64,000 bases of DNA from an uncultured Kiloniellales bacterium (GTDB taxonomy: Bacteria; Actinomycetota; Acidimicrobiia; Spongiisociales; UBA5794), in NCBI GenBank assembly GCA_964196275.1, contig CAXMSN010000092.1:1296-65295 (forward strand). The letters run 5' to 3'. A model generated the notes under the pieces. The model was not told where the DNA came from, made no database searches, and saw only the letters and a program-made list of their open reading frames with translations. Made by a program: the position numbers and the translations under genes. Shown one piece after another: positions 9,238 through 20,488 of the stretch (positions within the stretch are counted from its first letter, which is position 1; each line of letters begins with the position of its first letter).

Positions 9238-10920
9238 CTACACGGCGAGATCACGGGTCTCGAAGCGCCACATGGCGATTGCCAGGCCGATGACCGCACC
9301 CACGGCAAGGAAGAGGTAGCCAACACCGAACCCTCTGGCGAGGGGGGCCGTGTCTCCGAGGTACCAGAAGAACGGCGACAATGGACGCACCGGTTCGAGT
9401 ACATCGACGATCGCACCGAGGCCGTTCAAGAAATACGAAGCGACGGCGAAGGCAATGGTGATTCCGATCGCTGGCCCCGCTGACTTGAGGAGCCCCCACA
9501 GTGCCAGCGCGATGCCGCCGAAGAACAGGCCGAGCAGGCCGATGCCGACGTTTGCGGCGACGATGTGGCCCAACTCGAGTTCGGTGTCCCACGTGAGATC
9601 CCCGAAGATCCCCACGACGGTCAGCGTCGTGATGATCACGCCGACGAGCAGGGCGATCGCCATCGCCTTCCTTGCGAGAACGAAACGACGCGGGCGTGGT
9701 GTCGACAACACCATGTCCATCTGTCCGGTGGATTCCTCTTTCGTGATCGTTGAGGAAACGGCACCGATCACGAACACGATCATGACGACAGGGCCGATCG
9801 CTTGGTACGTCCGTGATGAGATGAATCCCGCAGGCGTCGCCAATCCGGCTGGATCCGTCATTCCGAAGATCGCGAGCATCTCTTTCGGCATCGCGTTCAC
9901 TAGACCCTCAAGAGCGTCGGGATCCGCCGAGAGGGCAGGCCAGGCGGCGAACGTGACAAGAAGGAGTGCTCCGAGGCCTCCGGCCCATGCCCAAATGGAT
10001 CGTCGCTTGTCCCACACCGACTTCCAAAGCACCGAGCGGAGGAGGACGACCCGCCGCGGGGAGACAGTCTTCGACTTCCTCCGCTTTGCCGCGACCTCCG
10101 GGACGACTGCTGCTTCGGTTGCGATATCTCTGCGATCGAACAGATACACGGCTACCGCGATGAAACCCAGAGTGGCGATGGCGAGCCACGCGATCCCGGA
10201 GCTGATGCCGTTGATGAGTGGTGTGTCATGCAGGTACCACGAAAAGGGGCTCGCTTTCGACGGAATCTCAAGCCATGAAAACAGAGCCTCAAATGCATTA
10301 GCGAACCAGGCCAGAACAGCGAGGGCAAGTGTGAGCCCCAGGGCGATCGACGGCTTCCCGGTGAACGCTCCGATGGCCATAGCGATCGCTGCGAATACGA
10401 GTCCGAGAAGGTACAAGCCCAGATTGGCCCCAAGTACGGCCGGTACGTTCAGTTTGAGATCGATCAACGGGTTGGCGGCGATGAGCGTGAAAGCGAAGCC
10501 CGAGACAACGACCGCGGTCGAGACCAGCACAGCGGCCGCTTTCTGGAGTGTGACCGCTGTGCGTGAAATCGGCATCGACAAGAGCATGTCGATCGTCCCG
10601 TTGTGCTCCTCTCTCGTCGTGATCGCAACCGCGGTGCTTACCGCGAACCCGACCACCATGATGGGAGCCATGAGGGAGTACAGCTGCGCTTGCAGGTATC
10701 CCGCACCGGTGAGAAACGTTGCAGGATCGATGCCCGCAATGGCCATCATCTCTGGGGGGATCTGGTCGATGAAGGACTGCATGTCTACGGAGTCCCTGAG
10801 CACCGGATAGACGGAAACGATCCACGCCGTGATCGCGATGGCGCCGATCGTCCACCACAGGAGCGATTTCCTCCGGTCCCAGATCGTCTTCGTGAGGACG
10901 TTACGAAGCATCCTCATCAC
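9238..10920 (-). CDS. ABC-2 type transporter permease (internally duplicated, about 12 TM)
   Basis: 560 aa and highly hydrophobic, with two similar halves. It overlaps the upstream ATPase gene by 20 nt. Confidence 0.75.
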   Translation of the reverse strand: MMRMLRNVLTKTIWDRRKSLLWWTIGAIAITAWIVSVYPVLRDSVDMQSFIDQIPPEMMAIAGIDPATFLTGAGYLQAQLYSLMAPIMVVGFAVSTAVAITTREEHNGTIDMLLSMPISRTAVTLQKAAAVLVSTAVVVSGFAFTLIAANPLIDLKLNVPAVLGANLGLYLLGLVFAAIAMAIGAFTGKPSIALGLTLALAVLAWFANAFEALFSWLEIPSKASPFSWYLHDTPLINGISSGIAWLAIATLGFIAVAVYLFDRRDIATEAAVVPEVAAKRRKSKTVSPRRVVLLRSVLWKSVWDKRRSIWAWAGGLGALLLVTFAAWPALSADPDALEGLVNAMPKEMLAIFGMTDPAGLATPAGFISSRTYQAIGPVVMIVFVIGAVSSTITKEESTGQMDMVLSTPRPRRFVLARKAMAIALLVGVIITTLTVVGIFGDLTWDTELELGHIVAANVGIGLLGLFFGGIALALWGLLKSAGPAIGITIAFAVASYFLNGLGAIVDVLEPVRPLSPFFWYLGDTAPLARGFGVGYLFLAVGAVIGLAIAMWRFETRDLAV

Positions 10921-11806
10921 TTTCGTAATACGAGAGGAAGACCTCTTCGAGCTCGTCGTCCCGCGTCGACACGGACTCGACCTGGTACTCCCCGGCCTTC
11001 TTGATCACCGGATCGATCGAACCTGAGACCGTGACGACGAGCACGTGACCCTCGTTGCGAACGGCCACTGAACTGACTCCCTCAAGCGACTCGAACGCCG
11101 CGGCGTCGGCTGTGGCCCCGAAGCGTATGGATATCGTCGCTTCGGCAGCGGCCTTGAAGGCTTCGACGGTGTCGACTGCGATGAGTTTGCTCTTTCGCAC
11201 GATTCCTACGCGGTCGGCTACGCGATCGACCTCGGACAGGATGTGCGATGACAGGAAGATGGTTCTGCCCTGGGCCCTCGTCTCGTTCACGAGGCCCTGG
11301 AACTCCTGTTGCATCAATGGGTCGAGGCCAGCCGTCGGTTCGTCCAGGACCAGCAACTCCGGCTCGTGCATGAACGCGTTCACAAGCCCGACCTTCTGGC
11401 GGTTGCCTGTCGAGTAGTCGCTGATCTTGCGGTCAAGGTCGAGCTCGAACCGGTCCGCCAACTCTGCTGCTCGTGTCCTCGTATCGGTCTTCCTCAGGTT
11501 CGAGAAGTAGAGGAGGAACTCCCTGGCGGTCATGGTGTTGTACAAGGCGAGATCTCCGGGGAGATAGCCGGTACGGCGCCTGATCTCCACGGTGTCCTTC
11601 TCGATGTCGAGCCCGAGCACCGTCGCTGATCCTCGGGTGGCGTAGAGGAAGTTCAAGAGGGTCCGGATGGTCGTGGACTTCCCGGATCCGTTCGGGCCGA
11701 GGAAGCCGAATACCTCTCCCTCAGCGATGTCGAGGTCCAGGTCGATGATCCCAGGCGAATCACCGTAGAACTTGGTCAGCCCACGGGCTGTGATTGCAGA
11801 TCCCAT
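10901..11806 (-). CDS. ABC transporter ATP-binding protein
   Basis: ORF trimmed to MGSAITARGLTKFYG. Walker A GPNGSGKST, signature YSTGNRQKV, Walker B LLVLDEPTAGLD. Confidence 0.9.
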   Translation of the reverse strand: MGSAITARGLTKFYGDSPGIIDLDLDIAEGEVFGFLGPNGSGKSTTIRTLLNFLYATRGSATVLGLDIEKDTVEIRRRTGYLPGDLALYNTMTAREFLLYFSNLRKTDTRTRAAELADRFELDLDRKISDYSTGNRQKVGLVNAFMHEPELLVLDEPTAGLDPLMQQEFQGLVNETRAQGRTIFLSSHILSEVDRVADRVGIVRKSKLIAVDTVEAFKAAAEATISIRFGATADAAAFESLEGVSSVAVRNEGHVLVVTVSGSIDPVIKKAGEYQVESVSTRDDELEEVFLSYYESDEDAS

Positions 11807-11885
11807 CGCACTCCTTGGTCGAGATGGCAGGGTAATGGGACGCTGAAGGGATGAGGAAGGCGGTCCGGCGTACAATCCCGTTCGC

Positions 11886-12788
11886 ATGGCAGGCGAATCC
11901 AGACGACTCATACTTCTTGCGCTGACAGCGAACGTGGCGATAGCGATCACCAAGTTCATCGCGGCCGGGATCTCTGGCAGTACAGCGATGTTCGCCGAAG
12001 CCATCCACTCGGTCGCGGACTCCGGCAATCAACTGTTCCTCCTACGCGGTGAAGCCGTGTCCCGGTACGGGGCGACCGTGACGCATCCGTACGGACGCGG
12101 AAAGGCTCTCTACTTCTGGTCGTTCATGGTTGCCGTCATGCTGTTCGTCGGCGGTGCGGTGTGGTCGATCTACAACGGCTGGCAGCGGATCATCCACTCC
12201 GGCGAGCACGATGGCGACGGTCTCATCTTTTCGCTCGTTGTGCTCGCGATCGCAGCTTTTTTCGAACTGTTCATCGCATTCCGCCCGGCCGTAAAGGAGT
12301 TCAACGCCGTGCGGGGCTCGCTCGGTGTCTGGAAGACGATCAAGGACTCGAAGGATCCCACGCTGATCATCGTCGTGTTCGAGGACGCTGCCGCGGTTGT
12401 GGGCCTGGCAATCGCCGCGGCAGGCCTGATCGTGACCGAATTGACCGGCAACGACATATGGGACGGCATCGCATCCGTGCTCATCGGCGTCGTGCTCGGC
12501 CTGGTTGCCTGGGTCATCGCGAGAGAGATGAAAGCTCTACTCGAAGGCGAGTCTGCCTCGCGGGATGATCGCACCGCGATACGGGTCGCCATTCTCTCCG
12601 TCGGAGAGGTCAACCACGTGGACCAGATCCTGACCATGCAACTCTCGCCGCACGAGATCCTGGTGACGGCAGATGTGGCGTTCGACGAAGGCATCGACGA
12701 AGTCGCAGCGATCGAAGCCGTAGAACTATCCATCGTCGGTGTCGTGCCAACAGCAACGCGCATCTTTATCGAACCGACCAGGCGATGA
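11886..12788 (+). CDS. Cation diffusion facilitator family transporter
   Basis: N-terminal TM region with AEAIHSVADSGNQ, a six-TM profile and a C-terminal cytoplasmic domain. Confidence 0.85.
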   Translation: MAGESRRLILLALTANVAIAITKFIAAGISGSTAMFAEAIHSVADSGNQLFLLRGEAVSRYGATVTHPYGRGKALYFWSFMVAVMLFVGGAVWSIYNGWQRIIHSGEHDGDGLIFSLVVLAIAAFFELFIAFRPAVKEFNAVRGSLGVWKTIKDSKDPTLIIVVFEDAAAVVGLAIAAAGLIVTELTGNDIWDGIASVLIGVVLGLVAWVIAREMKALLEGESASRDDRTAIRVAILSVGEVNHVDQILTMQLSPHEILVTADVAFDEGIDEVAAIEAVELSIVGVVPTATRIFIEPTRR

Positions 12789-13627
12789 TCGGCTCTGCAT
12801 CCGCTCCCGCGTCCTCGGGCAATCTCGGTCCTGGATTCGACGCGGTGGCTCTCGCTCTCTCACTTCGATGTTCAGCATCGGCAGAGCCAGCCGACGAGAT
12901 GATGCTTACGGAGCACGGGGCGAGCACGCCGCTTGATTCAGGCGACATGATCTACAGAGCAGCCGATCTTGCAGCTGGACGTCCGATGCACATAACGCTG
13001 GACAATCAGGTTCCAAGGACGCGCGGGCTCGGATCGTCATCCGCAGTTACCGCTGCGGTCGCCGGGGCTGCGTTGAAGGCAGCTGTGAAGTCAGGTGGGC
13101 GCGCCAGGGCGTTCGAGATCGTGAGTGAGATTGAGGGATTCGGTGACAATGCCGCAGCGGCAGTGTTCGGTGGGTTGGTTGCCGTCTCCGGGACGGGGGT
13201 TCAGCGTCTGCACCTCCACGAGTCGTTGCTTCCCGTTGTCGGGATTCCGCACGAGCATCTCCCGACAGGCGAAGCCCGGGCGGTCCTCCCTGCACAGGTG
13301 AGCCACGGCGCCGCTTCGCGCACACTCGGTCGTCTGATCTTCCTCATCGAAGGACTGCGCGAGGGCAACGCTGAGACACTGTCCCACGCAGCGGGTGACG
13401 AACTTCAGGAAGAGCAGAGGGCCCCGCTGTCACCGAAGACCGGGGAACTGATGGAGGCCGCAAGGGCGGCCGGGGCTGTGCACGTGTGCCGCTCGGGTGC
13501 CGGTCCGACTGCACTCGCCTTTGCGACAGCCGAAACCAGAGGCCGCGTGATCGGAGCCATGGCCGGTGTACTCGGTACCGACGGTGAGGTTCTGGCGCTT
13601 TCGGTCGATGAAGACGGACTGCTCTGA
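12785..13627 (+). CDS. thrB: Homoserine kinase (GHMP kinase)
   Basis: APASSGNLGPGFD and the GHMP motif PRTRGLGSSSAVTAA. Its start overlaps the CDF gene stop (ATGA). Confidence 0.8.
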   Translation: MIGSASAPASSGNLGPGFDAVALALSLRCSASAEPADEMMLTEHGASTPLDSGDMIYRAADLAAGRPMHITLDNQVPRTRGLGSSSAVTAAVAGAALKAAVKSGGRARAFEIVSEIEGFGDNAAAAVFGGLVAVSGTGVQRLHLHESLLPVVGIPHEHLPTGEARAVLPAQVSHGAASRTLGRLIFLIEGLREGNAETLSHAAGDELQEEQRAPLSPKTGELMEAARAAGAVHVCRSGAGPTALAFATAETRGRVIGAMAGVLGTDGEVLALSVDEDGLL

Positions 13628-13631
13628 TTCG

Positions 13632-13659
13632 ATATCCGATATCCGATATCCGAAGTCCG
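13632..13659. repeat. Heptanucleotide tandem array H1
   Basis: Reads ATATCCG x3 then AAGTCCG, equivalent to CGATATC x3 then CGAAGTC. It begins 5 nt after the thrB stop, between the convergent genes thrB and yhhN-like. Confidence 0.85.
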
Positions 13660-13689
13660 GGCTGGCCAGTGGGAAGTCGAACCTCGATA

Positions 13690-14316
13690 TCAGGTGGCAA
13701 CCGACAGGGCGAGTAGGACCTGGGCTGTGTAGTAGAGGGGGAGGCCCAGGCTGCGGTTCATGATCCCGGGCGCAACGAATCGGTTTCTTGCGACGAACAG
13801 ATCGGACACGAAGAAGAGCGTTGCCCCGATCGGGATCAGCCAGTTTGTCGCTCCGTCGATCGTCCCGAACGCGAGGATGACCATCACGGATATGACCGCG
13901 ATGTAGGCGACCACGGGAATCTTCATATCGCCTATGTGCGGTGAGAGCCAAAGCCAGACGAGGCCACCGATGATCGCAACAGCGAGCGCGGCCATCACGA
14001 GTGATATCGGGTCAGCGCGAAGCGTGACGAACCCGACGGAGTAGGCAACATGCCCGAGCAGGAACGCCACAAGCCCGCCAAGGAATGCACGACGCGACTC
14101 GAACGTGAGGAGCAGATCGCCGAGCCATGAAAGCCCAAGAGCAACAAGGACGATCCTGCCGTAGGAACTCGAGGCTGCCCCTGCAGATAGCGCAACGGCT
14201 AGAAACCCGCTCGAACTGACCATCTTGAGCCAACGGGCGATCGTGGAGTCTGTTGTCACCGCCCAAACGAGAGCGGATGTCGAAGCGATGACGATGAGGA
14301 TGGTGAATGCGGTCAT
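13690..14316 (-). CDS. YhhN-family membrane protein (lysoplasmalogenase-like)
   Basis: 208 aa with about 7 TM helices. Contains GDLLL...LLGHVAYSVGF, typical of YhhN/TMEM86. Confidence 0.7.
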   Translation of the reverse strand: MTAFTILIVIASTSALVWAVTTDSTIARWLKMVSSSGFLAVALSAGAASSSYGRIVLVALGLSWLGDLLLTFESRRAFLGGLVAFLLGHVAYSVGFVTLRADPISLVMAALAVAIIGGLVWLWLSPHIGDMKIPVVAYIAVISVMVILAFGTIDGATNWLIPIGATLFFVSDLFVARNRFVAPGIMNRSLGLPLYYTAQVLLALSVAT

Positions 14317-14338
14317 CGCGAATCAGGCTATCGCCGAG

Positions 14339-14359
14339 GAGTCCGTGGTCCGTGGTCCG
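14339..14359. repeat. Heptanucleotide tandem array H2
   Basis: Reads AGTCCGT GGTCCGT GGTCCGA (phase CGTGGTC x2). It lies between the PTP stop and the yhhN-like start. Confidence 0.7.
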
Positions 14360-14363
14360 AATC

Positions 14364-14786
14364 TCAGCTGCCCGGCAGCTCCATTGCTTCGATGCCTCTG
14401 ATGATGAGGGCAGCACTTCGCTGATACGCATCCATGGGTCGGCGGTACGGATCGCCGACACCGGTGGCAACGAGCAGTCTGATCGCCCCATCTGGCAGAT
14501 CGGGAAAGGCCTGCATCGCGGCATCGACATGGTGCTGCTCCATGCACAAGATGAGGTCCGGCGAGTCGGCCGACCCAAGCGGGCGTGCGCGATGCGGAGT
14601 GAGGTCGAGTCCATTGTCTGCACCGACCGTGACCATGTCTTCAGTCGACTTGTTGCCGATCATGGCCCATGTGCCGGCGCTCGACGTGATGACGTCGCGG
14701 TCCGTCCAAAAGGCACGGGCGTAGTACTCGGCGAAGGGGGAGCGACAGATGTTCCCTGTGCATACGAACAGGACGTGAGTGGCCAC
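14364..14786 (-). CDS. Low-molecular-weight protein-tyrosine phosphatase
   Basis: N-terminal P-loop VLFVCTGNICRS. 140 aa. Confidence 0.85.
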   Translation of the reverse strand: MATHVLFVCTGNICRSPFAEYYARAFWTDRDVITSSAGTWAMIGNKSTEDMVTVGADNGLDLTPHRARPLGSADSPDLILCMEQHHVDAAMQAFPDLPDGAIRLLVATGVGDPYRRPMDAYQRSAALIIRGIEAMELPGS

Positions 14787-14788
14787 GG

Positions 14789-15529
14789 CTATCGGTCGGC
14801 GCGGTATTTCGCTGCGGAATCAACGAATGCCTGGAAAAGGGAGTGCGACGGCCCGTGGTCACGCATGCCAAGGAATTCAGGATGCCACTGCACGGCGAGC
14901 AGAGGCCAGTCGACATCCTCATGCTCGATTGCTTCGATGGTGCCGTCGGGTGCCGATGCCACGACGCGAAGGCCGTCACCGAGTTCCCCTACCGCCTGGT
15001 GGTGGATGGAGTTGATGTCCTGAAGTCCTGATCCCAGCACGGCGGCGATCCGGCAGTCCGGTTCGATCAGCGCCTGAGAGTGTGGTTCGTATGCGGCGTC
15101 GCCGATGATGTCGTGCCCGTGCGCCCCCGTGTGGGACGGGAGGTCCTGGATCAGGGTTCCACCGAGAGCAACATTGACGATCTGAAGTCCTCGACAGATC
15201 GCAAAGACGGGCATACGTCGTTCTTTCGCCCTGAGAGCAACTTCGAGTTCGAACCCGTCGCGCTCCTCGCTGACTCCTCGTGCAGTTTCGTGGCGACTGT
15301 CGGCGTATCGCATCGGGTCGATGTCTCCACCGCCAGGGATGAGCACTCCATCGAGCCTGTCGAGCACATCGTCGACGTGCTCGTCCGGGACGGGGATCAG
15401 CATGACCGGCAGACCGCCGACGGATGCAACGCTGTCGAAGTAGGTGTGATGGACGAGGTATCCGCCGATGTCCCCACCCGCGGAAGCGTTCAGATTCGGT
15501 CGGCCTGTGATTCCGATGACGGGGAGCAT
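14789..15529 (-). CDS. Class I glutamine amidotransferase / gamma-glutamyl-GABA hydrolase family (peptidase C26)
   Basis: GGGDIDP, the nucleophile motif FAICRGLQ, and SIHHQAV...QWHPE. Confidence 0.85.
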   Translation of the reverse strand: MLPVIGITGRPNLNASAGGDIGGYLVHHTYFDSVASVGGLPVMLIPVPDEHVDDVLDRLDGVLIPGGGDIDPMRYADSRHETARGVSEERDGFELEVALRAKERRMPVFAICRGLQIVNVALGGTLIQDLPSHTGAHGHDIIGDAAYEPHSQALIEPDCRIAAVLGSGLQDINSIHHQAVGELGDGLRVVASAPDGTIEAIEHEDVDWPLLAVQWHPEFLGMRDHGPSHSLFQAFVDSAAKYRADR

Positions 15530-15663
15530 GCTGGCATGTTACCGATGTGACCGCGAGAATCGACGGCCGTCAGCGACAGAAAACACCTATCCTTGCGTGG
15601 CACGTGCGGCCCGGAGTACCGATGTTCCGCACGGAACATCCCGATTCCAAGTGAGGGGCACGT

Positions 15664-15756
15664 ATGAGTGGGCTGATCAAGAAGCGACGCAAGAAGATGA
15701 GCAAGCACAAGTACCGGAAGCGCCTCAAGGCGAACCGGCACAAGCGCAAGAGATAG
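15664..15756 (+). CDS. bS22-like mini ribosomal protein (30 aa, AURKAIP1/COX24-like)
   Basis: Not in the ORF track (<60 aa). ATG 15664 gives MSGLIKKRRKKMSKHKYRKRLKANRHKRKR, stopping at TAG 15754-15756. It closely resembles the actinobacterial bS22 pattern (xxVIKKRRKRMSKKKHRK). A hairpin terminator follows. Confidence 0.75.
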   Translation: MSGLIKKRRKKMSKHKYRKRLKANRHKRKR

Positions 15757-15764
15757 TTCTACAG

Positions 15765-15800
15765 GCACCCTCGCCCCTCGGGCGGGGGTGCTGTTTATAT
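15765..15800 (+). terminator. Intrinsic terminator after the bS22-like ORF
   Basis: GCACCCTCGCC / loop CCTCG / GGCGGGGGTGC gives an 11-bp stem with one G-U pair, followed by TGTTTATATT. Confidence 0.5.
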
Positions 15801-15808
15801 TCGGCACC

Positions 15809-16936
15809 ATGCTCTCTGATCAATCGCACCTCTTCGATGTTCCTGAAGATGTCACGTATCTGAATTCGGCGTACTTCGGGCCGAGGCTCCATTCCGTCGG
15901 GCGGGCGGCAGCTGACTCGGTGGCTTTGACCGGTCGTCCGTGGGAAGTGGCGCCTCAGCAGTTCTTCGAACCCGTGGAGACGCTCCGCGGCCTCGTCGCA
16001 TCAGCCATGAACGCGGATGCCGAGGGCATTGCCCTCATCCCTGGGATCTCCTATGGAGCAGGGGTAGCCGCTGCCAACCTCACCGTTGGGCCAGGCAGGA
16101 CCGTTGTCATGGTGGCTGAACAGTTCCCGTCCAATGTGTATCCGTGGCGAGCGAAGGTCGAGGGGGACGGGGGCGAGATCATCACGGTGAAGCGCACACC
16201 CGATGGCTGGACATCAGGGCTCTTGGAAGCCATCGACGACCGCACCGCTGTTGTTGCGGTCCCCAACTGTCACTGGACAGACGGGTCTCTCGTGGATCTG
16301 GTTGCCGTCGGTGAGGCAGTTCGGTCGGTCGGGGCTGCGCTGGCGATAGACGCATCCCAGTCGTTCGGTGCCATGCCCCTTGATGTTGAGGCGATCCAAC
16401 CGGACTTCGTGTACTCGGTTGGATACAAGTGGCAGCTGGGCTTTTATGGGCTTGCCTACCTCTGGGTCGGCGAGGCGCACCGTTCAGGCACGCCGCTTGA
16501 GGAGGGGTGGGCGAACCGGAAGGAAGCGGATGATTTCGCTGGTCTGGTCGATTACACCGATGTATATGAGCCGGGCGCCCGCCGATTCGACGTCGGCGAG
16601 CGGTCGAACTTCATCGGTGTGGCAATGAGCCTTGCGGCCATGGAGCAGGTCAACGACTGGGGTGTTGAGAACGTGGCTGAAGCACTCGGCTCGGTGACCA
16701 GCAGGATCGCTGTTGGTGCCGCCGAACGGGGTTGGCTCACCGCGTCAGAGGAGCACCGTGCACCGCATCTGATCGGGATCAGGCGGCCTGATGGGCTGCC
16801 GGCTGGGATATCAGACAGGTTCGAAGCGGCTCGTGTGTCTGTCAGCGTGCGTGGGGATTCGATCAGGATCGCACCCCATCTCCACACCACAGATGCCGAC
16901 ATCGATCGACTCCTTGGCGTGCTTGCGATCTCCTAG
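15809..16936 (+). CDS. Class V PLP-dependent aminotransferase (cysteine desulfurase / epimerase-like)
   Basis: ORF 15788.., start set at the second ATG (MLSDQSHLFDVPEDVTYLNSAYFGP). Contains VYSVGYKW (PLP Lys region). Confidence 0.8.
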   Translation: MLSDQSHLFDVPEDVTYLNSAYFGPRLHSVGRAAADSVALTGRPWEVAPQQFFEPVETLRGLVASAMNADAEGIALIPGISYGAGVAAANLTVGPGRTVVMVAEQFPSNVYPWRAKVEGDGGEIITVKRTPDGWTSGLLEAIDDRTAVVAVPNCHWTDGSLVDLVAVGEAVRSVGAALAIDASQSFGAMPLDVEAIQPDFVYSVGYKWQLGFYGLAYLWVGEAHRSGTPLEEGWANRKEADDFAGLVDYTDVYEPGARRFDVGERSNFIGVAMSLAAMEQVNDWGVENVAEALGSVTSRIAVGAAERGWLTASEEHRAPHLIGIRRPDGLPAGISDRFEAARVSVSVRGDSIRIAPHLHTTDADIDRLLGVLAIS

Positions 16937-16946
16937 CTGAAACGAG

Positions 16947-17339
16947 CTACACGGGTAGTTGGACCGCGGCGACGAAGATGCCGATGGCAAGCACGATGAT
17001 GATGAGTTGTGTGATTCCCCTGATCGCTGGTTGGGTGCGTCTTGCCGTGAGCTGATGGCCGAGAGCGATGACGATCGAAAGGCCGATCAGGGCCCACTTC
17101 ACACTCAGGTCTGATGCCTGCAGGTTCCAGAACATGTACAGCCACACTCCTGAAACCACAGCCACACCCATCGCGACCCACGAGACTCTTGCGAACATGC
17201 GTGCGACGGACCGGAGAACTTCAGTGTCGTCGGTGGTCTGTCGAATGGCAGTGACGGAGAAGGCGAGGACGAGAAGCCCACCCGTCCACACGGCGGCAGC
17301 AATCAAGTGGATCGCCTTGACGATCTCGAGATCACTCAA
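16947..17339 (-). CDS. CopD-like 4-TM membrane protein
   Basis: 130 aa with four TM helices. N-terminal HLIAAAVWTGG is reminiscent of CopD-family domains. The assignment is tentative. Confidence 0.5.
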   Translation of the reverse strand: MSDLEIVKAIHLIAAAVWTGGLLVLAFSVTAIRQTTDDTEVLRSVARMFARVSWVAMGVAVVSGVWLYMFWNLQASDLSVKWALIGLSIVIALGHQLTARRTQPAIRGITQLIIIVLAIGIFVAAVQLPV

Positions 17340-17342
17340 GGC

Positions 17343-18242
17343 TCAGGAGTCGCCTTCGAGGAACTTGACGATCTCTTCGACGAGATCGTCCGTGTGCTCG
17401 GGGTCGAGCGATGGTGGAGGGAAGTCGATCGGCTGGCCGTTCGCTGTCAGCGATCCGAGCAGCGGCTCGTCGTACGTCTCTATCTCCTCGAGGAAATCGC
17501 TGACGTCGGAACCGGCGTCTTCAAGGGCGGCGTCGACGCGTTGTGTGTATTCAGCGTCGATCGCGATGAGCTCGGAGGTGTCGATGTGAAGGTTCGTGAT
17601 GTCCGAGATCTTCTCGACCATCGCAAGCACTGCCTTCGGGAACGGGTTGCCGCTGAGGTAGGGAGGCGTGGCGGCCCAGATCGATATCGAGCGGATGCCT
17701 GCCTCCTTGCATGCTCCCTGCACGGCGCCAACGATGCCCGTCGGTCCGACGTAGTTCGCAGCCTCAAGGCCACTCCGAATGACGCTCACAGAATCGGTTC
17801 CTACGCCAGAGAGCGAGATGGGCTGGTGGTGGTCGGTGGCCCCAACGTACGCACCGATGAGGATGACTTCCTCGACGCCTATGTCGTTGAGCACCTCGAC
17901 GAGGGACCGTGCGAACGTCTTCCATCGATAGTTCGGCTCAGGGCCCGAGACGATGACGAGATCGCGGTCATCGTTCAGTCTGCTCGCTGCCGTGAAGCCG
18001 ACGGTTGGCCACTGCATCGAGCGGGACACACCATCGCGGATCTCAATGGTCGGCCGGTGCTGTTGGAAGTCGTAGAACGGGTCAGGTTCGATCTCAGCGA
18101 AGAGCGTTGTCTCGTCGTGGGACTTGATGATGTATTGGGCTGTCGCCGACGCCACGTCGCATGCGTCGTTCCACCCTCCGAATGCGACCAACGCGATCGG
18201 TCGCCGCATCGGCGGCTGCTGCTGTCGTCTGATGACATCCAT
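17343..18242 (-). CDS. PAC2 (proteasome assembly chaperone 2) family protein
   Basis: 299 aa. ALVAFGGWNDACDVA..., IVSGPEPNYRWK and GATPPYL are typical of actinobacterial PAC2 proteins. Confidence 0.8.
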   Translation of the reverse strand: MDVIRRQQQPPMRRPIALVAFGGWNDACDVASATAQYIIKSHDETTLFAEIEPDPFYDFQQHRPTIEIRDGVSRSMQWPTVGFTAASRLNDDRDLVIVSGPEPNYRWKTFARSLVEVLNDIGVEEVILIGAYVGATDHHQPISLSGVGTDSVSVIRSGLEAANYVGPTGIVGAVQGACKEAGIRSISIWAATPPYLSGNPFPKAVLAMVEKISDITNLHIDTSELIAIDAEYTQRVDAALEDAGSDVSDFLEEIETYDEPLLGSLTANGQPIDFPPPSLDPEHTDDLVEEIVKFLEGDS

Positions 18243-18302
18243 CTTGGAAGCGTAACCACTGAAGCGATTTGAATGCCTCGCGTTCTCCCGCGGATTTCGC
18301 GC

Positions 18303-20327
<2,025 letters not shown>

Positions 20328-20418
20328 GCCGGCATGGTACCGCTGGCTGAACCATCCGAGCGGGTCGACTGCCTACAGAACCGCATCGTGTCTCGGTCCC
20401 GCCGTCGTTCGCATCGGT

Positions 20419-20443
20419 GTGGGAATAGTATTCTCACTCCCAC
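20419..20443. promoter_or_regulatory. Nested palindrome upstream of vapB (candidate autoregulatory operator)
   Basis: GTGGGAATAGTATTCTCACTCCCAC has outer arms GTGGGA/TCCCAC and an inner GAATA-G-TATTC. A half-site GTGGGAGAATAC recurs at about 20474. A TTGACA hexamer lies at 20455-20460. Confidence 0.4.
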
Positions 20444-20488
20444 GAACAGAAATATTGACACTATCACTCTGAGGTGGGAGAATACGGC

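Noticed and set aside
9350-10810. Long plus-strand ORF (486 aa) antisense to the ABC-2 permease. Similar long antisense ORFs occur at 17307-18272, 19383-20537, 24253-25506, 28570-29316, 43815-44579, 49527-50129, 53491-54195, 61585-62817 and 62830-63549.
   Set aside because: These are typical shadow ORFs of GC-rich DNA. Their translations are Arg/Ser/Pro/Ala-rich with no recognisable motifs, while the opposite strand encodes clearly recognisable proteins.
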